Shown: positions 1-12,517, counted from the first letter of the whole stretch. The stretch is 63,972 nt of DNA, filler included, from Chrysochromulina tobinii (GCA_001275005.1; 6 parts of 6 records of this genome joined end to end with filler, not necessarily neighbours in it); one strand, 5' to 3'. The notes: generated by a model from the sequence alone, not told the origin. Numbers and translations are program-made.

Positions 1-390
1 GGGCGCCCGCGCGCGCCGCGGGCGCGCTATAGCCTATACCGCGGGGCCCCGCCGGGGTCGATCTCGATGCCGGGGTCGGCGGGGTATTGAGAGTGACCTC
101 GGCGGGCGGGTCACCGGTCAGCGCGGTGCCCGGGACCGGGCGCACAGCCGAGCACGCCCACGCGGCCCTCAGGCTCAGCGGTCAGCGCGGACCGAGCGTG
201 GCGGGTGGCTTCCGGCGGTTTCCGCGGGCGCGGCTCCGCTCGGCCACGGGGCCACCGCTAAGACTATACGCGCCAACGCCCACAGCTCACTTTCCGTTTC
301 ACACACAAAAGTCTATGCGTCGCTTTCGGAACGCCGTCATCACGCCGCCATGCGTCGTGTATGCGTCGTGCTACCGGGCGCCGCGACGTC

Positions 391-1674
391 TCACTCGCCA
401 TCCCACCTGATGACGCCACTGAGCAAGTGGAGCGTCGGGAGCGTGATCGGCGATGGAGCGAGAAGCGTAAGTTTGTGCCGCTCCATGTCGACCTTCGTCA
501 CGTGGACGAAGCCCGCGGCGTTGGCGCGGAGCAGGTCGTCACACGTGCTGCTCTCGGCGAGCACGATGGCGAGCAGGGAGTGAAGCAGCGCTGGGTACCT
601 CGCCGGGCTCACCTGCTGCGCCACAATCCGGTCTTCCACAATCTTCATGCCGATGGGCATCGCCGAGATGGGCGGCGCAGGCGCAACGCCGAGGCTGAAG
701 ATCTTGCACACGCCAAAGTCGAGCTCGGTCGAGTGCGGATAGAGCTCGCGCCGCGGCCCATAAAAGTATTCAGACAGCCGTCCGTGGCGCGCCTGCTGGC
801 GGCTTGGCTGGCTGCGGGTGATGACGCCACCCGACTTTGCGAGCTTGACCACGTGCGGATGCGGCGCTGGCTGCAGCTGTGCGTGTGCCGTGAGCTGCGA
901 GTGCAGCCGGTCGTCGCCGATGACGACGATGACGTCCACGTTCATTGCGGACGCCTGATGCAGCAGCAGCTCGTAGCCTGCACCGTCCACCCAGCCGCTG
1001 GTGTTGATGAGGACGCCTCCCGCGCGCGAGGCGCTGTCCATCTCGTGACGGCGACGCACGACCTGCGCGACAGAGCTGCACGCGAGCCGCAGGAGCGCGA
1101 CGCTCTCGGCCGCGCTCGTGTGCCCGACCCAGTAGGCCAGCGGCGCGAGGTCTTCAGTGCCACGCTCGATGTCCAACGGTCGCACGATCGGCACGGCGCA
1201 CACTGCGCCCGGCACGAGCAGCTCGCCCTGATCGAGGTCAAAGTCGACGAGCGTCCCGGCGTGGCCGCTGCGTGCGAGGTAGTTAGCGAGCATCCGGGTG
1301 AGCGACGACTTGCCTGTGTCGGCCGGGCCGGCGATGAGGACACGCGGTCCTTCGGTGCCCGACGCGAGCGCCGTGCTGCGCCGTAAGTCGAGATCGCCGT
1401 GCAGCTTCAGATAGCTGGTCATGGGCGTTTCGGCAGCCACGTACGAGTGCCCACACTGGCCCTGGATTTCGAGCGTGCAGCCGCTCCACGTGAAGACGGC
1501 CTGCTGCGTGCCCGTGAAGCTGTAGGCGCGGCCCTCGACCATCTCGGCGCCGAAGACCTCGGCGCTGCCCGATACGATCGTGAGCGTGACGGAAGTGCCC
1601 GCGGCAACCTCGAAGCGGAACTCCTCGTTGGCCTGCAGCGCCTGTTGGGCGGCTGCGCCTCCGCCAGTCTCCAT
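391..1674 (-). CDS. CLP1: mRNA cleavage/polyadenylation factor CLP1 (polyribonucleotide 5'-OH kinase)
   Basis: EEFRFEV...GSAEVFGAEM...AVFTWSGC N-terminal domain; Walker A GPADTGKS; DFDLDQG; INTSGW; EYFYG; C-terminal GFVHVTKVDME...LLAPSP. Likely ATG at 1674 (METGGG); the track extends to a TTG at 1803. Confidence 0.93.
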   Translation of the reverse strand: METGGGAAAQQALQANEEFRFEVAAGTSVTLTIVSGSAEVFGAEMVEGRAYSFTGTQQAVFTWSGCTLEIQGQCGHSYVAAETPMTSYLKLHGDLDLRRSTALASGTEGPRVLIAGPADTGKSSLTRMLANYLARSGHAGTLVDFDLDQGELLVPGAVCAVPIVRPLDIERGTEDLAPLAYWVGHTSAAESVALLRLACSSVAQVVRRRHEMDSASRAGGVLINTSGWVDGAGYELLLHQASAMNVDVIVVIGDDRLHSQLTAHAQLQPAPHPHVVKLAKSGGVITRSQPSRQQARHGRLSEYFYGPRRELYPHSTELDFGVCKIFSLGVAPAPPISAMPIGMKIVEDRIVAQQVSPARYPALLHSLLAIVLAESSTCDDLLRANAAGFVHVTKVDMERHKLTLLAPSPITLPTLHLLSGVIRWDGE

Positions 1675-1970
1675 AGGGCAGACTTGTCTTCTCTTGTCTG
1701 GCAAACGAACATGAACATAACGTGCGCTGACGTTCTCTGTCCAGGATCCAGGGTTAAGCGCACCACAAGGAGAGTCGGCTTGGAACATGGTAGCTGCCCC
1801 CAATTACATAGCAAATCAAACGCCAAATTTGGCAATTTCGCGTCGGACGCGCCCTGGAAATCTTCGAGCCAACGACACCGTCCAACTGATCGCTGCGTGG
1901 GAGGAACATGGAAGGGCACAAGACCCTGCCGACCCGCCCTAGCCCTGGTAAGGAACCCACTGCCGTCACC

Positions 1971-2903
1971 ATGTCATCGCCCGAGGCCACACCAGCGTCC
2001 GCGTCGCCCGTTGCCCTCGACACGTCGTGCCTTCGAGAGCTCGTATCGCCCGCGCCTGCGTCACCCATTGCAGTCGAAGTGCGCCTGCGAGAGCTGGTCG
2101 CAGTCTATGGGGCGCGCTGGCAGCTCATTGGCTCTCATATGCAGGCGGTATTTGCAGTGGTATTCGCTCCCGGGGAGCTCGAGCGCAGGTGGAACGAGCT
2201 CCAGCAAAACGACGCTGCTGCACGCTGCAGCCCGCTCACGCACCAAATCCGCCGCCCGCTCGGAGAGGTGACCGCGCCCGTCGAGGTGCAGCTTCGACCC
2301 AGCCCGGTGATGTGCAAGCGCCCGCGCGACCAGGAGGCACCCCGTCAGCAGCTGCAGCCTTCACGGCGGCCGCCGCAACCGTCGCCTTGCATGGGCCAGC
2401 AACCGCTCACGCATCGCTGCCCGATCTTTTTGCTCGCGCCGGGATCATCACTCGCCGCGCCGGAGACGGTGCGCAAACAGCTCAAGACTGTGTATCTCGT
2501 CAGGCTGCTGCAGAAAACGCACGGGCAACCCAGCGCGCATCAGCAGCGCTGGCCCATGTCCGTGGCCGACGAGCAGTCTTCATCAGACGAGGCCAAGACC
2601 AGGTACGGCACCCCGTCCGAGGCGGAGAAGGCCGCCATCTCGGAGCTTCTCAGCCCGACACAAACGGAGAAGGGAGCTATTGCGGAGCTGCTGGCGAAAG
2701 AGCTCTCGAATTTATCGCACCGTCGCATGCCCTCGCCTAGTGCTAAAGCACCGCCTCAGAATCGCTCGGCGGTGGCGCGCCAGTCGCCGCTGCAGCAGGT
2801 TGAAACCTCGGACGCGTCGCCCGCGTACACGATGAAGTGGCCGTCGTCGCCGCCGAAGCTGCCGCCACGCTCGCCCACGCTCCTGGCGAGCATGCAGCGC
2901 TGA
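1971..2903 (+). CDS. Myb/SANT-like domain protein with Pro/Ser-rich tail
   Basis: LRELVAVYGARWQLIGSHM...LERRWNEL resembles one Myb repeat; the rest is low complexity. Divergent from CLP1. Confidence 0.5.
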   Translation: MSSPEATPASASPVALDTSCLRELVSPAPASPIAVEVRLRELVAVYGARWQLIGSHMQAVFAVVFAPGELERRWNELQQNDAAARCSPLTHQIRRPLGEVTAPVEVQLRPSPVMCKRPRDQEAPRQQLQPSRRPPQPSPCMGQQPLTHRCPIFLLAPGSSLAAPETVRKQLKTVYLVRLLQKTHGQPSAHQQRWPMSVADEQSSSDEAKTRYGTPSEAEKAAISELLSPTQTEKGAIAELLAKELSNLSHRRMPSPSAKAPPQNRSAVARQSPLQQVETSDASPAYTMKWPSSPPKLPPRSPTLLASMQR

Positions 2904-3791
2904 AGACCAACATGAAAGGCCAAGGCGCAGCCGAGCCGAGGGTGACCTACTCTGAGTCTCTGACGACTGACCGAAGAGGCGGCGCGTCCCTGGGTTGAGC
3001 TTGGATGCGTTTGATGTGCTCTGTCCAGGCGGCCCGGCATGAGATGTAATCGCATGTATGGTCTCACCAGACCTGTAAGTAGCACGCGCCCATCTCCGAT
3101 CTCGTTCGGGTTCTGCAATCGAGTGCAGGCCCGCCAGGATGCGCGACGTTGCGGCATTGCGCTTGCGTGTCCGTCTGTCGAACCCGCCCCGGATCGTCAC
3201 TACTGGGTCGGTAAATGGCTCGTAAATGGCGGGACCAAACAATTATTTTCGACCCACGGCGTAATTGGTCGTCATTGTAATTGCGTAACTGTCAACGCCA
3301 CAGGCGACAGGGCGGTCCCACAGACCCACACCTCCGGCCGCTACTGCCTCTACCCTCTAGCAAGGTCTAGCTCGTACCGGTACCGCGCGCTGCGGTGGTC
3401 TCGGTGGTCTGCCGATTTGAGCAGCTGGCGCCCCTTGGCAGGCGCGCGGAGGCGCTCTGGGAGTCACTCTTGGAGCAGGAGGCGGCAGGGTGGGGTTCGC
3501 AGGGGGGCGGCCTCTTCTGAGTCGGCCGCGGGCAGCGGTCGGTTCCGGGGGACCGGGGCTGCGGGCCTGCGGCCGGCTGTTGAGTCGGGAGTGGGGAGTC
3601 GGATCGAAGGATCGACCGTTAGATCCGGTCGTCGCGCGGTCGTGCGTTGCGGGTGCGTTGGTGCGGGTTGCGATGGTTGTGAGGTTTTGCTGTATGATCC
3701 GTGTGTCCCCGCGTGTCCCTGTGTGTCCCGTTTGTACGTTTGTGTCCAATGCTCCCCCGGTGTCTTTCGTTGGTCCTAGAAACTGATTGAT

Positions 3792-5158
3792 ATGGTCGTG
3801 GGTCTCTCACATTTTGCGCCCATCGCTGCCGCCCCGCCGCCGTTGCTCTGGCGACGGTGTGCCGTCACATCGTGTGCGCGCCAGGTCTACGACGATGGCC
3901 CTTTCGCTGTCGCGCCGATGATGTGTGCTCAGCTTCTCGAACGTCTTGCCCCAGTGATCACCGTATTGACGATCGGACTCGATACCATTCCATTTTTCTC
4001 GGTTTCAGGGACTACACGGATCGTTTCCTTCGGTACATGCTGCGCCTGCTCAGCCGACGGTCCACGCTGTACACGGAGATGGTGACCGCCAACACGATCG
4101 TGCACTGCAGCGAAGCCGAGCTCCCGCGATTCCTGGCGCACGATGGCGCCGACCACTCGCAGCCCGTTGTGCTGCAGCTCGGTGGCGCCGACCCTGACAT
4201 GCTGCGGAAGGCCATGGTGATCGCCCGTCCGTGGGGTTACACTTCCGTCAACCTCAATGTTGGCTGCCCGTCCGAGCGCGTCGCTGGCGCGGGCTGCTTC
4301 GGCGCGGCGCTTATGCGCGAGCCGGACCTCGTGGGCGATTGCTGCGCGGCCATGGCGGATGGCGCCGACGGTCAGGTGCCTGTCACCGTCAAGTGCCGTA
4401 TCGGCGTCACGAGTGACAAAGCGCGTGCCGCCGAGGTCGACGACCAGAACGACTACGAGGCGCTCGCCAACTTCATCGAGAGGGTCTCGACGCGCGGCGG
4501 CGTAAGGAGCTTCACGCTGCACGCGCGCAAGGCCGTGCTCGGCGGCCTATCGCCCGCACAGAACCGGCAAATCCCACCGCTGCGCTATCATCTTGTGCGG
4601 AGGCTCGCCGAAGATTTCCCCACTCTGCGGTTCGCCCTCAACGGCGGCGTCGAGACCCTTGCGGATGCGGCTGCGCAGCTGAACGCACCCGGCAATCGGC
4701 TCTCCGGCGTGATGGTCGGCCGCGCCGTCGTGGCACGACCGTGGGAGTGGGCCACCGTCGACACGACATTGTACGGCGAGGCCGCCGACCCCGCGCCGCA
4801 CCGCCGTGCCGTGTTCGACGCGTACTGCGAGTTTGCCGAGCAGCGCGAGGCGGAGGACCGGCACCGGATCCGACGGCTGTTGCTCGCACCCGCGCTCAAC
4901 CTCTTCACGGGCGAGCCGCATGGCAAGAAATTTCGCAGAGTCGTCGACGAGATTGCGGCGGCCGACCGCGGCCTCTCTGCGGCTAACATCCTTCGCCGCG
5001 CCGCCGACGAGACGTTGCTTGATGAGACCCTCGATGCGCCGCCTGGCGCCAAGTGGGATCACATGCGAAAGTTGTACGTGGTCGGCGAACTTGCAGGAGT
5101 AGCGACGTTGGCAACCGCAGCTCCAGCAGCGGAGGGGGAGGCGCGGGCGGCGGCTTGA
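3792..5158 (+). CDS. dusA: tRNA-dihydrouridine synthase, DusA type (2 exons; intron 3923-4008)
   Basis: Splicing GTGTGC...TTTCAG joins FAVAPMM to DYTDRFLRY. Also LYTEMV, QLGG, NLNVGCPS, VTVKCRIG, HARKAVLGGLSPAQNRQIPPLRY and GVMVGR. The N-terminal extension could be an organellar targeting peptide. Confidence 0.92.
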
Positions 5159-5334
5159 TAACAAGTTGATCGCTAACATGAGACTCAAAGCATAAGGTGG
5201 GGTTTTGTCACAAGATTGTACCTGATCCCGGCTCCCCCCGGTGTCTTTTTACCGGATCAGGTCTGGTCGCTCGTCAGTCGTCACACTGCAGCGCGATGCC
5301 CAAATTGCTCTTGTCATTTGCCGCACACGAATCG

Positions 5335-6096
5335 ATGGCAATCTTGCGGGCCACGAGGCTGCTGTCGGCGCCGCTCGCGCGCTTGCAACCGCTGCCATCG
5401 GTTGCCAGATTCCGTGCGCTCTCATCGGCGCCGGCCTCGCGCGTGAGCAACCCGCTGCTCGATGTCGACGTGGCCACGTCCCACGGCGCATCATCGACCG
5501 AGGTACCGATGGGCATTGCGAACATCAAGTCCATGGCGGTCAGCTATAAGAAGCTTCGCCATGTCGCCAACCTTGCGCAGGGCCTGTACTGGCGCGAAGC
5601 CATGATGCAGCTGGAGTTTTGCAGCAAGGGAATCTCGGTCTTCGTCAAGAACGGGATCAACCAGGCAGTCAAGAGTGCTGAGGAGCTCGGCCTGGACCCG
5701 ACGCGGCTGGTAGTGGCCATCGCGACAGTCGGCAAGGGCTCGTATCGCAAGGAGCTACAGTTCAAGAACAAGGGGCGCGCGGGGATGATGGCCCAGTATC
5801 GGTCGCATCTCTACATCGCCGTGAAAGAGGTGCCAGCAGCGGAGATTCAGCGCACACGCTTTTATGGCCGCTGGCGCGCGTCGGCCAACCTGCTGAGCAT
5901 CCCGTGGAACGAGCGGGTGGCTATGCTCCCACGGTACCAGCCGGTGGTGGGCTACGAACCCGGCGAGCCGCGTGTGCGCGAGATGCTGGCTCTCGTCGAT
6001 GAGGGGAAGGTGCCCAGATCCAGGCCGCGCAGGCGGATAGGTGCAGGCGGCGGGATGATGGGCAAGAGCGGGCGCGCTAGCTGGAAGGCGCGTTAA
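5335..6096 (+). CDS. rpl22: Mitochondrial ribosomal protein uL22
   Basis: SYKKLRHVANLAQGL...AMMQLEF...LDPTRLVVAIATVGKG...KGRAG...SHLYIAVKE is the L22 pattern; Arg/Ser/Leu-rich mitochondrial-type presequence MAILRATRLLS. Confidence 0.85.
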   Translation: MAILRATRLLSAPLARLQPLPSVARFRALSSAPASRVSNPLLDVDVATSHGASSTEVPMGIANIKSMAVSYKKLRHVANLAQGLYWREAMMQLEFCSKGISVFVKNGINQAVKSAEELGLDPTRLVVAIATVGKGSYRKELQFKNKGRAGMMAQYRSHLYIAVKEVPAAEIQRTRFYGRWRASANLLSIPWNERVAMLPRYQPVVGYEPGEPRVREMLALVDEGKVPRSRPRRRIGAGGGMMGKSGRASWKAR

Positions 6097-6534
6097 GCTG
6101 GGCGCGCGCCTGGGTCGGTCTGTGACGATGTGGGGGAAGAGCGAGATAAGTGGCACCATTTTCTTCGCGCAGCGGTGGGTGCTTCTAGACCTGACCTTAT
6201 AGAAACGCTCTGCACATACCAACCAATAGCAAAACTGGAATACATGTTTCATGTATGTCGGGGCTGGGGCGGTACCAGACACTACAGCGACCGGCATATC
6301 AAACCCAAAACCGCCGAGACAGTCTTTCATTTACGCTGCTCAATCTGGAAACAAGTAAATGTTTGTTCATGTAGCAAGACTCTATTCATAGCCAATGTTT
6401 ATAACTCGACACCCAAGACAACGAACGACCGGACCGGCGTACAAGCCATACTCGCCGGGCCGTACTTCTTTCCTCGTTCACAGGCTCGTCCGCATTTTAG
6501 CCGCCGTCGCCGAGCACCGCGAGCGTCTCTCAGC

Positions 6535-7782
6535 ATGGCGGATCTGTCGTCACTCGCGGACCCATCCTTGGACCAGAAGACGCGCATCGACCGTTACAAG
6601 CAGGCGCTCTCGCAGCTGCTCGGCTCGCCCGACGTCTCCGGCCTCAAGGCCTTTGTCGAGCACGTCGCTTCCGAAAGTGTAGCACTCGTTGTTTCTCGAC
6701 AGGTGCTAAGCGACTTTGCGGCGGCGCTCGCCCCAGATAAGTTTTCGGCGGACCAGCTCAAGGAGCTCGGGCTCTTTGTGCTCGAAAGGATCGGCGCACG
6801 CCTCTCCTCTTTCGAGGAGCAGGCATCCACCATCCGCGAGCGGCTCGCAGCAGTCTATGAGCAGGAAGAGGAGTGGACACTTGCAGCCAAGATGCTCGCG
6901 GCGATCCCGCTCGACTCGGGCATCCGCGTGCTCGAAGACGACTACAAGATCGACAAGTATATCCACATCGCTATGCTCTTCTTGCAGGACGAGGAGTCCG
7001 TGAGCGCGGAGACGTACATCAACCGCGCCTCATTGCTCATCTCAGATGCGACAGATGGCACGCTGCGGTTGAAGCACAAGGTGTGCTACGCGCGCATCCT
7101 CGACTCGAAGCGAAAGTTCCTCGAGGCGGCGACGCGTTACTACCAGCTCTCGCAGCTCGCACAGCGCACCTTTGGCACGATGCAAGTATCGGACGAGGAG
7201 GTGGTCACCGCACTCAGGATGGCCACCACGTGCGCCATCCTCGCGCCCGCCGGACCGCAGCGCTCACGGATGCTCGGCACGCTGTATAAGGACGAGCGCA
7301 CGCAATCCCTGTCCCACTACTCTGTGCTCGAGAAGATGTATATGGAGCGGCTGCTCCGCCCTGCCGAGGTGACCGCCTTCGCCTCGTCGCTCGCGACACA
7401 TCAGAAGGCGACTCTCGAGGACGGCTCGACGGTGCTCGACCGCGCGGTCATCGAGCACAACATGCTTGCCGCGTCCCGGCTGTACGCGAACATCACGTTT
7501 GAGCAGCTCGGCGCGCTGCTTGGCATCGATGCAGCTAAGGCAGAGCGCGTTGCCGCCTCGATGCTCATGGAGAAGCGACTGCAAGGCTCCATCGACCAGC
7601 CCGAACTTCGCCTCCACTTCGAGCATCTCCCTGCGAGTGCGGACGCGGACAGCGAGTCAGCTGACGCGCTCCACGCTTTCGATGCTCAAATTGAGAACAT
7701 TTGCCGCTCCGTCGAAGCAGTCGCCAACTCCATCGCGGCCAAGCACCCGGAGCTCGTCGTGGTCGCCGCGACCGGCGCGTGA
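6535..7782 (+). CDS. CSN4: COP9 signalosome subunit 4
   Basis: [13 protein letters not shown]...[46 protein letters not shown]...[25 protein letters not shown] domain. Confidence 0.96.
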   Translation: MADLSSLADPSLDQKTRIDRYKQALSQLLGSPDVSGLKAFVEHVASESVALVVSRQVLSDFAAALAPDKFSADQLKELGLFVLERIGARLSSFEEQASTIRERLAAVYEQEEEWTLAAKMLAAIPLDSGIRVLEDDYKIDKYIHIAMLFLQDEESVSAETYINRASLLISDATDGTLRLKHKVCYARILDSKRKFLEAATRYYQLSQLAQRTFGTMQVSDEEVVTALRMATTCAILAPAGPQRSRMLGTLYKDERTQSLSHYSVLEKMYMERLLRPAEVTAFASSLATHQKATLEDGSTVLDRAVIEHNMLAASRLYANITFEQLGALLGIDAAKAERVAASMLMEKRLQGSIDQPELRLHFEHLPASADADSESADALHAFDAQIENICRSVEAVANSIAAKHPELVVVAATGA

Positions 7783-8806
7783 TACTGTTCCTCAGGTGCA
7801 TAGCCGCGCCTGGGGACGTCCCGCTCGCTCGTCTGTCGCGCGCCCGCCCGCTCCGGGCCGAGAAGCACGGCGCCCGACCGTTGATTGGACTTTAATGACG
7901 TCCGTGGGCGCCCGGCGACCGCCGCGCGGTCCGTCCGTGGCCCGTCCCGTGCTCGCGCGACCGTCACGAGAGGCCCATGCGCGCGTCGGCCGTCGCGGCC
8001 TGAGGCCTCTCACCTGTGCCTCGCATTCACTGATCGGCGGCACGTCCGGCGCGGCCTCGAAATGGCGCGTGACTTCCGATGGTGTCGTTTGTGGAATCGT
8101 GTGGGGGACGGTACCGCGCCGTCGCTGACGCCGGCGCGCCGGCGCGCGGGGCCCGTGCGACCGCTATCGTCGATTTGTAGATTGTACGATGGCTATTGCA
8201 CACTCAGGAATTACAGTTTACACGAACGTACCGCGCGCCGGGCCCGTGAGCGTCGACGTTAGCGTCAAGCGTGACGTGAGCGTGGCCGCGCTCTCGGGCC
8301 GGTCCGACCGTACCGCCACGGCACGCCGGGTGCTCGAAACTGTTAGCATACTACTGATCTGTGAAACTGTGTGACGCGACATGATGTGTATCATGTAAGG
8401 AGATGACCGATCCGATCTTGACATGTCGCCCCGACGGCCACGCGCGCGCGCGCCCGCCCGCAGGCCGCACGCGCGGTCTGGCGGGTCTCCGCGTTTCCCT
8501 AAGCGTTCCCCTGCGTCCCACACTTCTCAAAGAGACGAGACCCGAGGCGCGAGGTTCACGCGAGGTCGATGGCACCGAGGAGCGCGCGGTCGCCGGTCAC
8601 GCGCGATGACCACCGCGCCCGAGCGGCCCGAAAGCTCCCGCTTAGAATTAAGGTCCACTCCAGCGAAGCACACGGCCCGCTCGCACATCGAGACACAGGT
8701 GTCGTCTTTTTCGTTGCGGGTGAGATCGCTCGCTCGCCACTCGACGCGTGCGCGCTCTGCATATTCACGAGCGCCGTGGCCGCGCCGCACGCGAGGTTGT
8801 GCGAGC

Positions 8807-9907
8807 TCACTCGAGGTCGGGCACATCGTCCTCAACGACCACGAAGCAGACGTCACACTGCAGCTCGACGCCAATGACCGAGGTCGAGGTGATGTGCGCA
8901 CGCAGCGTGTACGTGCCGGGTTTGGGCGGAGCCTGGAAGACCGCCTCTCCTGTAACGACCTTGGCTTCGAGATCAGTGACGACGAGTGGCTTCGCCAGGA
9001 TGAGAGAGTTGGGCGTGCCTTCGGGCTTCAGACCTTCGAGATACAGCCAATAAGCCTCGTAGATGCCCTGCGGGTTGTTGCACGGGGGCCTAGTACCCTC
9101 CCCCGCGGCCGCTGCGTGCTCGCGCGTGAGCTCGATCTTGCACTGCACGTGCAGACCGGCGGTGATCTCAACCGTCCCCTCCGTTGCATCTCGCGGCTTG
9201 ACTGTCGCCTTGATGCTCAACTTGGGCATTGGCAGCCCGTCCTCCTCGAGGATCCTGCCCATCTTGGCGAGTGAGCCCGCGGCCGTGTGCGACCACAGCG
9301 CGTTTGCGATCAGCGCCGAGGTGCGCGCGATCGCGAGCGTCGGCTGCACCCATCGCTGCTGCGGGAACAGCATCTGCGCTTGGATGAGCAGCTTCGTCCC
9401 AATCTGGTTGGCACCGCCGCGCCAGTGATCCACCTCCTCCTCGAGCGACGCCTTCTCTGACTCCAGCCACGCCTCATCCGCTTGCTTGTACAGGTGCCAG
9501 TACAGCAGCACGGTGTTCCGCCACTGCAACGGCGGTAAGTCATTGAGCGCGTCCACAGGGAAGGCGCCCAGCTCCTCCAGCTTGTCCTCAACCTTGCTGA
9601 GCAGCGCGCGGGCCTCCTCGTGCGTCTTGGTCGAGCCGAGCAGCGCGTTCTCGTCGGTGCCGAGCTGCGCCATAGCGGGCGCCGACGCGAGCGCGAGCAT
9701 CACCTTGTGCATGCTCACTTCCGCATCCGGCTCCGCCTCGGAGGGCTTCAGCTGCGTCACGAGATGGCCCAAGTCGAGCATTCCTTGCCTCATCTGCTGC
9801 TGCTTCGCCTCGACGGCCGCGCGCTCCTCGGGAGAAAGTGCTTCCATCATTGCCTGCGCTTGCTCCGGCGTCATGCTCGACGCGGCCGCCATCATGGCTG
9901 GGTCCAT
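8807..9907 (-). CDS. Sec63-domain-containing protein without J-domain or transmembrane segments
   Basis: C-terminal Ig/FN3-like Sec63 signature EAYWLYL...FQAPPKPGTYTLRAHITSTSVIGVE; helical region VMLALASAP...QALW-like; N-terminal M/Q-rich segment. Confidence 0.6.
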   Translation of the reverse strand: MDPAMMAAASSMTPEQAQAMMEALSPEERAAVEAKQQQMRQGMLDLGHLVTQLKPSEAEPDAEVSMHKVMLALASAPAMAQLGTDENALLGSTKTHEEARALLSKVEDKLEELGAFPVDALNDLPPLQWRNTVLLYWHLYKQADEAWLESEKASLEEEVDHWRGGANQIGTKLLIQAQMLFPQQRWVQPTLAIARTSALIANALWSHTAAGSLAKMGRILEEDGLPMPKLSIKATVKPRDATEGTVEITAGLHVQCKIELTREHAAAAGEGTRPPCNNPQGIYEAYWLYLEGLKPEGTPNSLILAKPLVVTDLEAKVVTGEAVFQAPPKPGTYTLRAHITSTSVIGVELQCDVCFVVVEDDVPDLE

Positions 9908-10587
9908 CCTCGGCGAAGAGCTCGTGAGATCTCGTCAAGCGCCTTCGATTTCACAGTTATCAATTCATTAATTGTATACATCGGCAGGCTTCGAGAGTGC
10001 AGTCGCAGAGTTTGCAGTAAAGGGCGCTCCACTGGGCAGCACCGCCACCGGAGCCATGACAAACGGTAACGCAAAGGCCCGCCGCGGGCCGTCCCCGGCG
10101 GCCGCGGGACCACGAGGCACGAGCACGACCGCATCGTTTCTACCTGAGTGTCGAATTACCTTTCGAATGACCAATTACATACTCGGAATTGTGACGATAA
10201 AACCGATAAAACGGAGTTCCGTAGATAATACTTTGCGGGAAGGCAAAACACACACACCGCACGCAGTCGACAGGTCACGTCAACAGCACGCGCAGCGACG
10301 TCGACACGACAGCGACGCACATGCACTGGTACGGATCCCGCAAAGCTGACCGGCTCGACTGGGACCGGCAATGCATAGACACCACATGGCAGAGAACCGT
10401 CGCGTCTGCTCCGACACACACGCTCCTCAATTGCTAACTCAGTTGCGGCACGGCTCGCCTTCGCCGCCGCGCCATCATCACCACACGTCCCTTGGCAGTC
10501 TCCACGCGGGGGCGCTGTGGCTTCACGCCGCAGATCACGCCTCCACGTTAAGTAGTCTCGCACCAGCAGCAACGCCGCGCGCGCCGT

Positions 10588-12517
10588 CTACAAGGCGTAG
10601 AAGCCAAGGTAGGTGCTCTTGTGGGCGAGCGCGTGCTGCATGTTCTCAAACTTCGGCCCAGGACCCTTGGAGTAGCCGAACGGCACGTCCTCATTGGCAT
10701 GGCCCTTCATCATCACCTGGTTGTTGGTCACGTACAGGTTGCCCTTCCAGTGGCGGCCCTCCGACAGGCGCACGGCCGAGTAGTTGCGGCTGCCGAGCAT
10801 GCCATTGTTCCAGTCGCCCTGCATCTTCTTCGTGTAGAGGAAGCCGTTGGGCTTGAACTGCAGCATGCCGAGGCCGACCGTCTCGGGGTTGCCTGCGGGC
10901 GCCGTCTTGGGCTTCTTCTCACTGTACTCCTTCATGTGCTCCACGTGGTTGGCGAGCGCGAGCTTGGTGGTCTCGAATTGCGACGAACCGTACATGTTCT
11001 TCGCCTGCACGCCTGGGACGAAGCCGCCGTAGCCCGGGATGTGTGACTTGTGCTCGCCGAGGATGGGCGGCTTTACCTGCTTGTAGTTGGCGTTCGCTGG
11101 GTTGGTGTACACGTGCTCGTACGTAATGTGCCCGTCCTCAATCTTGGCCGGGTGGCCAAAGTTGATGTAGGAGAACTTCTGCGTCGACTCGAAGCGCTTC
11201 TCTGGCGGCATCTCCCTCCACTGGAAGCGATCGTGGCTGCCCTCGATGGCCATATGCGACGAGTGGCCGTAGGTGTTGCCGAACATCGTCTCCGCCTGCA
11301 CGCCCGGCACGAAGCCCGTGTAGCCGGGCACGTGCTTCTTTAGCTTCGACGGGCCGTCGGTCGCCGTCGTGGGCATATCGTTCGCCGTTGGCGGTGGCGG
11401 ACGCGCCGGCTTGAGCAGCAGCACGCCAGCCTCGTTGATGTTGTCCGTCTTGAGGTACGTCTCGTCCTCCTTCTTGCGGTCGCGGATGGTGTCAGCAGCT
11501 GCGGTGGTCCTCGCGTACGTCGCCGCGAAGATGCCCTCGGAGTCGACGCCCGGGACAAAGCCCGAGTACCCCGGGATCTTGTAGTGGCCGACCGTCTTGG
11601 TCATCGTCTTCTTGGCCGGGTCGGTCGGGTCGTGCGGGTCGGTCTTGGGCGTGATGCGCATGGCCGGCTCTTTGGTCTCACCCGTCGGCGGGAAGTTTTT
11701 GAGCAGGATTGACGTCTGCGTCGGCTCCTTGCCGCCCGCGATCTGCACGACCGAGGGCGGCCACGGGTTGGTGGGCTCGAGATCGAAGTTCTCCTCCACG
11801 TTGTACGGTGAGCCGCCAGCCCACGAGGCGCCGCCATGCAGGATGTCCGTCGGCTTGCCCGGGTGCGAGTACTCGTCCGAGAATTGGACCTGCGTATTCG
11901 TCTTGTACTGCTCGTCGGGCGTTTGATCGCAGCCCTTGGGGAAGTTGCCCTCAATGGCCCGGAGCGTCGTCTTGCCATATGTCTGCGCGTAGAGGTTCTC
12001 GGCGTACACACCGGGCACATGGCCGCTGTAGCCGGGGATGTGGTGGGCCTCTGCAGGCGTGTGCGGCGGCGTGAACTCAGCATAGCTCACGAACTTGCGC
12101 CACTTCAGCGGATCGGATGGCTGCCGCTCCTGCAAACACGCCTCAGAAGCGCGGCCATACGTCTTGGCCATCTGGTGCTGGCTGCCAGGCAGGAAGCCCG
12201 TGTACCTGAGCAAAACGAGCGCGCAACGGGACCGTGAGCGCCAATGCGTTGGGCGAGCGTGGCCGCGCGCTGGCGGTCAGCGCGCAGGGGCTCGAGAATA
12301 GTGTCCGGCAGCGCTGACGAGCACCGAACAGCGTCATGCCTCTGCTGCAGCACCCAGCACAGCGACGCGCAGAGGCTGCTAGCGCGCTCACGCTGGCGGC
12401 GACGCTAGCGGCTGCCGATGAAGCGGAGGCCACGCTCAGCGCGGCCAGCGCATCAAAGTGTTCGAGTTGGAGAGCTGCGCACCCTGGGATGTGGTGAGCA
12501 TGCTCGACAGCCGACAT
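10588..12517 (-). CDS. FAM166/CIMIP2-like ciliary microtubule inner protein (2 exons; intron 12206-12482)
   Basis: Five (H)IPGY(S/T/G)G(F/H)(V/L)PG...TYG-type repeats. Exon 1 MSAVEHAHHIPG joins YTGFLPG via GG|GTGCGC...CTCAG|G, restoring the first repeat. Confidence 0.75.

Noticed and set aside
3039..3779. 246-aa ORF upstream of dusA
   Set aside because: Low-complexity Arg/Gly/Ser translation without domain signal; probably non-coding.
3792..5158. Bacterial-type DusA as recent HGT or contamination
   Set aside because: It has a spliceosomal intron and host-like composition, and DusA-type genes are known in plants and algae.
7783..8806. CG-rich convergent spacer as a structured ncRNA
   Set aside because: Apparent self-complementarity is explained by CGCG-rich composition; no recognisable RNA family motifs.
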